From the IMG/VR virus record IMGVR_UViG_3300027792_000211, positions 1 through 57,984 of that record: DNA of 57,984 bases; one strand, 5' to 3'. This DNA comes from a virus (Duplodnaviria > Caudoviricetes). How positions within the stretch are numbered: position 1 is the stretch's first letter; each line of letters begins with the position of its first letter. Shown in pieces: positions 39,002 to 47,428 of this stretch. The notes below the pieces were generated by a model. That model was given only the letters and a program-made list of their open reading frames with translations. It was not told the DNA's origin and searched no databases. The position numbers and the translations under genes were made by a program.

Positions 39002-39631
39002 TCATTTTCTCCTTAAAAAATTAAATGCATCCTGGATTTTTTCAAAATCTTCTAAAGTATCCACGGACCACTTTTGATTATAAATATCATAAAAAGTAAC
39101 TTCACCAAATTTAAATCTATCATGATCCCGCATATAAGGGCAAACATGTTCCCTATCCGACCCGGTAGCTTTGTCGTATGTCTTCATTAAAGTATCGAAT
39201 GTAAACACTTCAACATCGAGGCCCGAACAAGTCCCAAAATTACCCCTATTCCAAGTATAATCATTTTTATTTACATTATGGGAGGCTATAGTTGTATCAA
39301 TGATATCAGGATAAAAATACAAAAGAGGGCAATCACTTGTTATCCTTACAATATTTTTAGACTCATATTTACATGCAATATGATAAAACCGACTCAATAC
39401 ATCCTCAGATTTACATTCTATTTCTTCAACATCCTCAGATTTAAAATAATTTTTAATAGGCGTATTTTCGTATTCTTTAGCAATTCCGATAACGGCCTTA
39501 TCGATATATAAACTTTTATTAGCCGCCCTTAAAACCCATTCCGTCATAGGAATGCCGTTAATTTCTGCTAAACATTTACCAGGAAATCTGGAAGACGTCA
39601 TGCGGGCCGCAATTATACATAAAAAATTCAT
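39002..39631 (-). CDS. SpsF/PseF-like acylneuraminate cytidylyltransferase
   Basis: ARMTSSRFPGK, EDVLSRF, VRITSDCPL, GLDVE, REHV, SVDT.ED. Confidence 0.88.
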   Translation of the reverse strand: MNFLCIIAARMTSSRFPGKCLAEINGIPMTEWVLRAANKSLYIDKAVIGIAKEYENTPIKNYFKSEDVEEIECKSEDVLSRFYHIACKYESKNIVRITSDCPLLYFYPDIIDTTIASHNVNKNDYTWNRGNFGTCSGLDVEVFTFDTLMKTYDKATGSDREHVCPYMRDHDRFKFGEVTFYDIYNQKWSVDTLEDFEKIQDAFNFLRRK

Positions 39632-39813
39632 TTATAATTCGCCTCTCTTTTTTGAATTATGCTACATGCCATTTCTAGGCCATTATATAAACCTCGTTGA
39701 TATTCTTTTTGATCTTCGGCCGCTTTGATTAATTCAGCATATCGTTTTTTAAATTCCTCAGTAATACTATTTTCAATTGTTTCTAAAAATCCACTTAAAT
39801 CTAATTCTGCCAT
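39628..39813 (-). CDS. Small hypothetical protein
   Basis: Coupled ORF, GGAGG RBS. Confidence 0.6.
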   Translation of the reverse strand: MAELDLSGFLETIENSITEEFKKRYAELIKAAEDQKEYQRGLYNGLEMACSIIQKREANYK

Positions 39814-40145
39814 GTCTTAAACCTCCTTATTTCTTCCAATGTTTTACCAGGCTCACCATTGAAACAAATAGCTCTATCATCGATTGTTAAAAAGGCCGGA
39901 ACTTTAACCGCGGTAAACCCATCAACCTTAATTTTATATTGGTTTAACCAGCCTTTCATTGCTTCGATTCCTTTTTCTTCACAACATCGAGTTGAAAAAA
40001 TCAAAATAATATAATCTTGTTCTCTCAATTCGTTAATCATTTCTCGTATGCCATGGACTGGCTCATCAGGGATAATTTCAACCCCTTTCCACCCTGATTT
40101 ATAACTATGAATTACCCCGTCAAAGTCAATCAATATTGTTTTCAC
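39801..40145 (-). CDS. Minimal HAD-superfamily phosphatase
   Basis: IDFDGVI, FSTR, K, IDDRA. Confidence 0.85.
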   Translation of the reverse strand: MKTILIDFDGVIHSYKSGWKGVEIIPDEPVHGIREMINELREQDYIILIFSTRCCEEKGIEAMKGWLNQYKIKVDGFTAVKVPAFLTIDDRAICFNGEPGKTLEEIRRFKTWQN

Positions 40146-40749
40146 TAAAAATCACCTCCTGTAATTGTTCGGGCGTCCTGGCAAAACTACCAGAATCAAG
40201 CCCGGTTGAATCCAATAATCTATAATGCCATTCAATCCTTTTCGGTTTATATTTTTTATATAATTGAAAATTATCGGTGTGATCACTGATATTCTCAAAA
40301 TAATTAAATTTATTTTCGTAATCCTCAACACTAGCTGGATACTTACTTATACAATTAAATACTACCATGTTAGGCCTTGGATTCATAAAGATACCTGATA
40401 CATACACCTTAAATTTAGGGGGTATTAAATCAATTAAAAAATACCTGGTATCGTTATTTGATATTTTTACAAATGGGATATCAAAACTAAGTAAATATCT
40501 TAATGATTCAATATCATTAACCGAACTAGTCACTTCATAACCTAGTTGGCACCCGTAATTATACGCATAGTTGAACGAATTAGGATTTAATGGGGTATTA
40601 ATCCCATCGTCTCTAAAAAGTTGCCATTTAACGATTATCTTATGCTTTCCATTATCAACTTTTTTCAATTCATCATACATTTTTTTAATGTATTTTAAAT
40701 CGTTTTTACATGTGTTTCCAGAGCCAAAATCTAATATTATTTCAGACAT
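40126..40749 (-). CDS. Short NeuB/PseI/SpsE-like nonulosonate synthase (TIM barrel only)
   Basis: VKWQLF, FVKIS, CISKYPA, SDHT, IEWH, D..F; lacks the C-terminal SAF domain. Confidence 0.75.
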   Translation of the reverse strand: MSEIILDFGSGNTCKNDLKYIKKMYDELKKVDNGKHKIIVKWQLFRDDGINTPLNPNSFNYAYNYGCQLGYEVTSSVNDIESLRYLLSFDIPFVKISNNDTRYFLIDLIPPKFKVYVSGIFMNPRPNMVVFNCISKYPASVEDYENKFNYFENISDHTDNFQLYKKYKPKRIEWHYRLLDSTGLDSGSFARTPEQLQEVIFSENNID

Positions 40750-41756
40750 TGTTTTATCTCCCTTATAATGTATTCTTGTTCATTCTCAGATAGCCCCGGA
40801 TATAAAGGAATACTAAGAATTTTATCTTTTAATTTTTCGGTATTCTCAAAATTACCCTTTAAATCTTTATAATAGTGTAAATCATAGATAGGTTTGTAAT
40901 GTACTTGACACCCTATTCCCTTGTATTTTAAATATCCCATTACAACATCACGGTTATCAACCTTGATTACATATAAATGATATGTATGTTGCCGTTTATG
41001 TTCGATTGTTTCAAAATGTTCATCATATTTCTTAGCAATCTTCGATCTTTCATTTAATTTCTGCTTAATCCTGTTTAATTGAGATATTCCTAAAGCCGCT
41101 TGAATATCATTCATTCGATAGTTATATCCAAGACTCACCGTGTCGATACTGACACGTCCGTGATTTCTAAATGATTTTATCATTAAATTAAATATATAGT
41201 GATCTGTAAGACATGCCCCACCTTCGCCGGTTGTGATATGCTTAACTGGATGAAAACTAAAACATGTTATATCAGCCCTCGGGTCTACTTGCATACTATG
41301 ACAAGCATCCGAGATTAAATATAGATTATGTAAGCCGCATATATCCTTTATTCGTGGATAATTACAAGCTTGCCCGGCATAATCGACACAAATTACCGCT
41401 TTAGTTTTAGGGGTAATTAAATTCTCAATTTTTTCTGGATCAATACATAGACTGTCATCGACATCACATAGAACAACTGTTCCATGCATATATCTTATAC
41501 AATTTGCAGTAGCTACAAAGGTCATTGTAGGGATGATCACCTCATCACCGGGTTTTAAATTAATTGCGAACATAGCCGCGTGTAACGCCGCCGTTCCTGA
41601 GCTTAACACCCTGCAAAAATTAGAACCCGAATAATTACATAAAGCGTCTTCAAACTCTTCAATCTTAGGGCCTGTAGTTAAATAATCATCTTTTAATACT
41701 TGCCCAATTGCTCTTACATCATCATCGTTTATTTCTTGTCGGCTATAAGATATCAT
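40737..41756 (-). CDS. pseC: DegT/PseC-type PLP sugar aminotransferase
   Basis: ISYSRQ.I, LTTGP, SSGTAALH, DACHS, SFHPVKHITTGEGG, LGYNYRM. Confidence 0.85.
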   Translation of the reverse strand: MISYSRQEINDDDVRAIGQVLKDDYLTTGPKIEEFEDALCNYSGSNFCRVLSSGTAALHAAMFAINLKPGDEVIIPTMTFVATANCIRYMHGTVVLCDVDDSLCIDPEKIENLITPKTKAVICVDYAGQACNYPRIKDICGLHNLYLISDACHSMQVDPRADITCFSFHPVKHITTGEGGACLTDHYIFNLMIKSFRNHGRVSIDTVSLGYNYRMNDIQAALGISQLNRIKQKLNERSKIAKKYDEHFETIEHKRQHTYHLYVIKVDNRDVVMGYLKYKGIGCQVHYKPIYDLHYYKDLKGNFENTEKLKDKILSIPLYPGLSENEQEYIIREIKQCLK

Positions 41757-42714
41757 TTAATAAACCTCTCATTTCTTCGACTGTTAACCATTTATCATTA
41801 GTATCAGAGGTATAATCAAAGTTTTCTATTTCTTCACAATCATAGTCATAAGGACCTTTGTTATTCCAGTGATAGTTATTCTCAATAATATAAAAATTCT
41901 CAGCTTCCATTAAAATTCGATCATCCTTGGCAATCAACATTTCATGGATTTTCTCGCCAGGCCTTACCCCAATAACTTTTATCAGAGCATCAGGGGCGAT
42001 ACACTCGGCCAAATCCGTGATTTTCATTGACGGCATCTTTGGGACAAATATTTCCCCACCTTGCATGATACCCAAAGAATTTAATACAAATTCAACGGCA
42101 TTTTTTAAACTAATCCAAAACCTTGTCATTTCAGGATTTGTTATCGAAATAGTACCGACACGCTTTTGTTTTTTAAAGGTTTGCACTACAGACCCACGAG
42201 AACCAATGACATTACCATATCTACATATCGAAAATTTAATATCTTTATCCCCAACATAGGCATTCCCACCTATAATTAATTTTTCCATGCAAAGTTTAGA
42301 CGCACCATATAAATTCATAGGATTCACGGCCTTATCCGTAGATAATGCAATTACTTTTTTTACATTGTTATATAATGCCGCCTGAATTACATTTTGACTT
42401 CCTAAAACATTTGTTTTGATAGCCTCGAACGGGTTATACTCGCAAGACGGAACATGTTTTAAAGCCGCAGTATGAATTATATAGTCAATTCCATCCGTAG
42501 CCATTTTAAGACGTTCTAAATCCCTCACATCACCAACAAAAAATTGAAGTTCGGAAGAATCTTTTTTAAATTTATTATTCATTATATATTGCTTATATTC
42601 ATCCCTGGAATAAATATATACTTTTTTTGGGTCGTATTTTTCAAAGATTTGATTTGTAATTTCTTGGCCAAATGACCCAGTCCCGCCAACAATTAACCAT
42701 TTTTTATTTAGCAT
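41743..42714 (-). CDS. pseB: UDP-N-acetylglucosamine 4,6-dehydratase (inverting)
   Basis: GGTGSFG, SRDEYKQ, AALKHVP..EYNPFE, STDKA.NP.NLYGASK, RYGNV.GSRGSV, RPGEKIHE. Confidence 0.92.
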   Translation of the reverse strand: MLNKKWLIVGGTGSFGQEITNQIFEKYDPKKVYIYSRDEYKQYIMNNKFKKDSSELQFFVGDVRDLERLKMATDGIDYIIHTAALKHVPSCEYNPFEAIKTNVLGSQNVIQAALYNNVKKVIALSTDKAVNPMNLYGASKLCMEKLIIGGNAYVGDKDIKFSICRYGNVIGSRGSVVQTFKKQKRVGTISITNPEMTRFWISLKNAVEFVLNSLGIMQGGEIFVPKMPSMKITDLAECIAPDALIKVIGVRPGEKIHEMLIAKDDRILMEAENFYIIENNYHWNNKGPYDYDCEEIENFDYTSDTNDKWLTVEEMRGLLNDIL

Positions 42715-42764
42715 TGTAACCTCCGTATTTAATAACTTTATAACAATATAACATAAAAACATAT

Positions 42765-42797
42765 TAAAAAAAACCTCATTTTCATTAATGAGGTTTT
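42765..42797 (-). terminator. Intrinsic terminator between the LPXTG gene and pseB
   Basis: AAAACCTCATT-N6-AATGAGGTTTT with a long T tract on the minus strand. Confidence 0.75.
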
Positions 42798-42816
42798 GAC
42801 ATTTAAATTTAATTTA

Positions 42817-43089
42817 TTATTTGTGCTTCAATTTAAATACACCAAAGCCCGCCCCGATAATAACTACGATTAAACCTAAAATCGGCAATGTCATATTATT
42901 AGATTCTCCAGTTTTTGGAAGTGTATCACTATTATTATTAGTTGGTTGATCCGTTGGAGTATCGGTTATCGACGGGCTTATACTATCGGTTGGAATCGGT
43001 GTATAACAATTAGCAAATATAATATTATAGCTTCCCATTGATAATGTTAAACAGATTATTATAGTTAAAACTATTATTTTTTTCATCAA
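42817..43089 (-). CDS. Miniature LPXTG cell-wall-anchored protein
   Basis: Signal peptide, 30-aa S/T/P-rich core, LPKTG, TM helix and KLKHK tail. Confidence 0.85.
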   Translation of the reverse strand: MMKKIIVLTIIICLTLSMGSYNIIFANCYTPIPTDSISPSITDTPTDQPTNNNSDTLPKTGESNNMTLPILGLIVVIIGAGFGVFKLKHK

Positions 43090-44183
43090 TTTACTCCTTC
43101 TCTTGCATATTTACGAGGTAAATATGCATTATTTGATAAATGCTCTCTTTGTCTAGTTTGCCATTCTTTGACTTTCTTATCGGCCTTTTTCTGACTAACT
43201 TCATCCAAGGAGAACATTGATTCCCTTTTATATTTTCTAATTTGCCTTTCGATATACCTTTGTTGTTGCATCGCTTTATAAGCTATTTTCTGAGCTTCCT
43301 CATATCCGTATTTATTAACTAATGCCGCTTCGCCAGGGTCCAAAGGTGCAATGACTTGCTCTGTTAAACCCTCGAAAAATGGGGATATGTCGTGTTTACA
43401 ATTAGGATGGAACAATCCTTGCATTTCAGCATCCCATATTGAAGCATATGTATTAGACATTCCATCTAAACTTAATACAACGCCCTCATATGGGGTGCAT
43501 AAGTTACATGCTCTAAAATGCGCACTAACTACCCCTAAATTCCATCCTTTTTCACAATACCGATTTATTGATGCCTGTAAAGAACACCTTTGTATTAACG
43601 TCCTGGCAAGCATTTCAGTATAAGTATCTAGGCTGTATTTAGCCCCGTTTTTATATGTAATACATTGTAGACCTCGATCGGCGTAATTATTCATTAATCT
43701 TTGACTTATCAATCGACGAGTTACTACATCACTTTCTCGAAATGATACACTCCCAACTTCAATCGACGCCTGTCTAAATACATCATCGGCCGCCCGTAAT
43801 ATCTGCAATGTCGGTTTTTTTAAACTCTCCATAGCCGCGGCCCTGAAGACTTCGTAAAACTTTGTTTGATTAGGATAATCTTTGAATTTATCTACAATTT
43901 TCTCTGGCAACATTGGTATTTTATCAGGCTTTTTATGTACCAAAAAAGTACCGTTTTTTATAGAACCTGTCCCACCTTTGGGAACACGGTTTAAACCTGA
44001 TATATATGCCTCGGTTAAATCATTGTCAATCCATTTTTGCCCACCGATTGCAAAGCCCATAGCGGCTTTTCTTGCTACCATGTCATACTTTTTTTTATTC
44101 AGATTTGATTTTAATTGTGAAGCTAAAGTATTTCCAATAGCAAATACAACACTCTCAGCCTCGTATATTAAATCATCCTGCAT
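43086..44183 (-). CDS. Phage minor capsid protein (A118 gp4 / Mu gpF-like)
   Basis: Y.EM.ART, VSAH.AC..C.PYEG, GLFHPNCKH, QRYIERQIR.YKR, RE. Confidence 0.88.
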   Translation of the reverse strand: MQDDLIYEAESVVFAIGNTLASQLKSNLNKKKYDMVARKAAMGFAIGGQKWIDNDLTEAYISGLNRVPKGGTGSIKNGTFLVHKKPDKIPMLPEKIVDKFKDYPNQTKFYEVFRAAAMESLKKPTLQILRAADDVFRQASIEVGSVSFRESDVVTRRLISQRLMNNYADRGLQCITYKNGAKYSLDTYTEMLARTLIQRCSLQASINRYCEKGWNLGVVSAHFRACNLCTPYEGVVLSLDGMSNTYASIWDAEMQGLFHPNCKHDISPFFEGLTEQVIAPLDPGEAALVNKYGYEEAQKIAYKAMQQQRYIERQIRKYKRESMFSLDEVSQKKADKKVKEWQTRQREHLSNNAYLPRKYAREGVN

Positions 44184-44571
44184 TTTCGATTATCTCCCAC
44201 ATTCTAGTTTTTGTAACGCCCATCCAGGCGTTACCTTCTTTTATGTATTGACCGGCTTTATACAAAGCATTAACATCAGCTTTTATTTTACCTTCAATCA
44301 TATAATTTATGCCTTTAATATATGCCCTGATACATTCACAAAGTAAATTATGTATTTTAATATATTTTCTAGGTATATTAATACAATCCATATTTTTTAA
44401 TTCAGGCTTTAAAACATCTATTAATTTGTCAGGTTTAGCGTTTAAATCCAGCGATACCCTTTCAACTTCTTTTAATGCCGACCTTATCCCATGAGTAACT
44501 AGGTCATTTATAAATAGCCTGTATTTATATTCCTCGTTTGTTTCCTTTGGTAATTTCATATCATCATTCAT
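44173..44571 (-). CDS. Hypothetical protein
   Basis: Coupled ORF with AAGGAG RBS. Confidence 0.65.
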   Translation of the reverse strand: MNDDMKLPKETNEEYKYRLFINDLVTHGIRSALKEVERVSLDLNAKPDKLIDVLKPELKNMDCINIPRKYIKIHNLLCECIRAYIKGINYMIEGKIKADVNALYKAGQYIKEGNAWMGVTKTRMWEIIENAG

Positions 44572-45094
44572 TTGCGCTCAACTCCTTAATTTTTTTAGGA
44601 TTTATTCCTATATAAGTTAAAACATTATTTGTTGATGAATGATTTAATAATCTAGCTGTTTTTTTAATATCACCATCATAATTTATATTAGCATATGTTT
44701 TTCTTAATGTATGAGTTCCTATGTTTTCTTTTAAATTCAATGCTATTTGTACATCTTTCATTATCCTATATGTTTGTTGCCTTGAAATATATGAAACTAT
44801 ATGTTTTTTCCTTGATGGGAATAAATAATCATCATCATTCATATTTTTAATATATTCATTAATTTGATTTTTAATTGTATTTTTTATAATAATAGGTTTA
44901 TTATTTTTATGTTCAATCAACATTATGATATCTTTATTTATATCTTTTACTTTTAAAGATCGAATATCACTATCTCTCAAACCAAATGAATAACCTAAAA
45001 TCCAATAAAATGCATTTCTTTTATTTTTATTTTTTAAATATGTATAAATTCTATCTATACTCTCATAACTACTAATTCCATCCACATATTTCAT
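44564..45094 (-). CDS. Minimal tyrosine recombinase (catalytic domain only)
   Basis: GLRDSDI, K, HTLRKT, LNHSS, TYIG: full R-K-H-R-H-Y set in 176 aa. Confidence 0.88.
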   Translation of the reverse strand: MKYVDGISSYESIDRIYTYLKNKNKRNAFYWILGYSFGLRDSDIRSLKVKDINKDIIMLIEHKNNKPIIIKNTIKNQINEYIKNMNDDDYLFPSRKKHIVSYISRQQTYRIMKDVQIALNLKENIGTHTLRKTYANINYDGDIKKTARLLNHSSTNNVLTYIGINPKKIKELSANE

Positions 45095-45564
45095 AACAAT
45101 ACCTCATAATTCTTTACAATTTTATAAAACGTTGTTTTCTTTACATTTAATTGTTTCATAAATTCTATGGCTGTAATTTTATTTTGTTTCCAGAGATAAA
45201 AATTCATATTAAATATTTCTTTAGAATAATCAATTGGTTTTCGACCTTTATATTTTCCCTGCTCCTTTGCTTTCCTTATACCTTCTCTTTGAGAAGTATT
45301 TGCGTCTAACACCATATTAATTAAAGGATGCCTTAAACGTATTGAACTTCTTATTGTCATTTTTTCCAACATAAGTGCCATTTCCTCATTTAAACCATCA
45401 ATTAATATTTTTTGTTTAACAAAATTATCTTCAATTATTTCTAAAAATAATTTACTCCTACCGTTTATACTTTTATATCTATCGCCTGTTCCTTTTCCAA
45501 TATAAAATATTTGTTCTGTATCACCATAATACCAACAGTAAACATAAAATTTATCATCTTTCAT
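45091..45564 (-). CDS. GIY-YIG-like domain fused to a resolvase-type C-terminal arm and HTH
   Basis: FYVY...FYIGKG.G.R...E...I....N, then QREGIRKAKEQGKYKGRKP...KTTFYK. Confidence 0.7.
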   Translation of the reverse strand: MKDDKFYVYCWYYGDTEQIFYIGKGTGDRYKSINGRSKLFLEIIEDNFVKQKILIDGLNEEMALMLEKMTIRSSIRLRHPLINMVLDANTSQREGIRKAKEQGKYKGRKPIDYSKEIFNMNFYLWKQNKITAIEFMKQLNVKKTTFYKIVKNYEVLL

Positions 45565-45617
45565 ATTGCGTCCTCCAATTGTTTGAATTCTATATTACGA
45601 TATAGTCAAATTATAAA

Positions 45618-47126
45618 CTATGTTTCCGCATTAAACGTATTATTAAACGTTTCTCCTCCCACTCCGCTCTCATCTAATATTTTTATCACTTCTTCATTTA
45701 TTGCCTTTTCGTCCCAATCGGGGTGTAAAAGCTTAACCTTTGTAAGTGTAGAAATAGCTTTAGCCTGTTCTAGATTTCTCACTGTTTCGCTCTGTTCCTT
45801 CGCATCTACAGCGATACTATCTTCCATTTCCACAGTTACAATTTCAGGATCATAAAAAATAGTGTTTACACTATTATCTAATTGTTGCATTTGTAATAAT
45901 AGGTCCATTATTACAGGTTGCCAATATCTAGATTTCTTTTCCCTAGTCAACCATGATTTCCTTTCTCTTATTCTTAATGCCGTTCCTGATTCAGCACGAC
46001 CACCTTCATCAAAGCCAAAAGTACTAAGACTATAACCGGCCATGCTTATTATCTGTTTACACATGTAGTTACAAGAAGCCATATGTTCATCGACACGCAT
46101 TTCAAACTGAACTATGTCAATGGGTTTCGTATTCGATCCGGCCATTCTATAAGACCCTAAATTTAATTTCAAAAAACACTTTTGAAATTTAGAAAATGAA
46201 TTTAATATACTTTTTTCGGCCCCAAATGCCGTCGTTTCTTCTCGTTGTAATATTTCTTCATCAACAAATATTTGACCCATGCCTAACTCTATATCTCGAA
46301 TCCATGAAGTCCAGGCAAAATCAAGGGAATCCATTAGACTTATACATCCCTGATAATCGTTTATTCCCAACGAAGACCCAGGCACTAATTTATTAGGCCT
46401 CATGTTAGGAATGTAAACGACCCCTAGGCCGTTAACTTTTGTGTGAATGGTATCTTGTAAATTCAGGCTTGCTGTTTCATCAATTGAGTTTAAATCCACG
46501 ACATGACCCAATTTACCCTCAGAACCTCTATATAATCGATATTCAACCATGTACCCGTCGCCCGTCGATGTCCTTTTTCGATTTTCAAACAAGCGGTATA
46601 TATTAGATTTATCGGTTTTAACTTCACGATAAAATAAAATTTCCCATAGTCTACCTCTTAAAAACGTTGGAAATGCATTATTAGGGGTAATTACACTCAA
46701 TAGAGGAAGCTCAGAAAGTCGCTTATCAACATCAAGTTTTAAAAATGCTCCTGATAAAGACGCGGTTAATTCAGCGGTTTCTAATAATATATTTAAAAAT
46801 CCGTTTTCTGTCATAAATGCGTCAATTCGCTCCCCGGCTTTATTATCCTTTTCATAACCAAATCTAGGTGACTCACTAAATAATAAATTACTACTCATAC
46901 CGGCTATATCACCCGCGATTGGGAAATGGATTGCGTCGGCTCTTTCCTGGATGTCCAATTTAGCCCAAAACATATTTGATTCAATATTAAGGTTAGACAA
47001 TTTACAGGAATAATATTTTAATAATTCGTCAGAATCCCCCGAATACCACGAAGCCCATTCAGCATATTTATCATACCAATACGCCCATTCTTCAGGTGGA
47101 AAGGTGCTACCTTCACTAAAAAACAT
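45618..47126 (-). CDS. Portal protein (A118/SPP1-like)
   Basis: Follows TerL; YIPN, S.MDSLD..WTSW.RD..LG, GYS..TFG, SGTA. Confidence 0.88.
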   Translation of the reverse strand: MFFSEGSTFPPEEWAYWYDKYAEWASWYSGDSDELLKYYSCKLSNLNIESNMFWAKLDIQERADAIHFPIAGDIAGMSSNLLFSESPRFGYEKDNKAGERIDAFMTENGFLNILLETAELTASLSGAFLKLDVDKRLSELPLLSVITPNNAFPTFLRGRLWEILFYREVKTDKSNIYRLFENRKRTSTGDGYMVEYRLYRGSEGKLGHVVDLNSIDETASLNLQDTIHTKVNGLGVVYIPNMRPNKLVPGSSLGINDYQGCISLMDSLDFAWTSWIRDIELGMGQIFVDEEILQREETTAFGAEKSILNSFSKFQKCFLKLNLGSYRMAGSNTKPIDIVQFEMRVDEHMASCNYMCKQIISMAGYSLSTFGFDEGGRAESGTALRIRERKSWLTREKKSRYWQPVIMDLLLQMQQLDNSVNTIFYDPEIVTVEMEDSIAVDAKEQSETVRNLEQAKAISTLTKVKLLHPDWDEKAINEEVIKILDESGVGGETFNNTFNAET

Positions 47127-47128
47127 TT

Positions 47129-47428
47129 TTATTCCTCCTTTAATAAATATTCGAGTAACCATTTATTATCCCTTAGAATCCAAAACAAAGCCGATTCTAT
47201 TGTTGATATTTTATTATGTTCGAGATCTAATTCAAATTGATAATTAATACACTCTATTATTTCATGTAATAATGTTTTTTGTTCTACTTCTAATTTTAAA
47301 TCATTATCGAGTTTAATAATACTATCATTTCCGCAAAAGGTCCCAAGGAAAGTGTAATCCCTTGCATAATTTTTAACTTTCTCGATTTTACAATTCATTC
47401 CACAAATTCGTAATTCATTTTCCATCAT
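47129..47428 (-). CDS. Hypothetical phage protein with HExxE motif
   Basis: TLLHEIIE; likely start MMENEL overlapping the terL stop. Confidence 0.65.
   Translation of the reverse strand: MMENELRICGMNCKIEKVKNYARDYTFLGTFCGNDSIIKLDNDLKLEVEQKTLLHEIIECINYQFELDLEHNKISTIESALFWILRDNKWLLEYLLKEE

Noticed and set aside
30933-42714. Sugar cluster as host chromosomal DNA flanking a prophage
   Set aside because: It is bounded on both sides by co-directional head genes, its last gene overlaps the Rha-like gene, and it lacks the transport genes of host loci; misassembly cannot be fully excluded without reads
44564-45094. Canonical integrase with attP
   Set aside because: Too short, no N-terminal binding domains, no adjacent repressor, and no att-like or tRNA-like sequence seen
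47129-47428. ImmA/IrrE metalloprotease
   Set aside because: Motif is HEIIE rather than HExxH and there is no adjacent repressor
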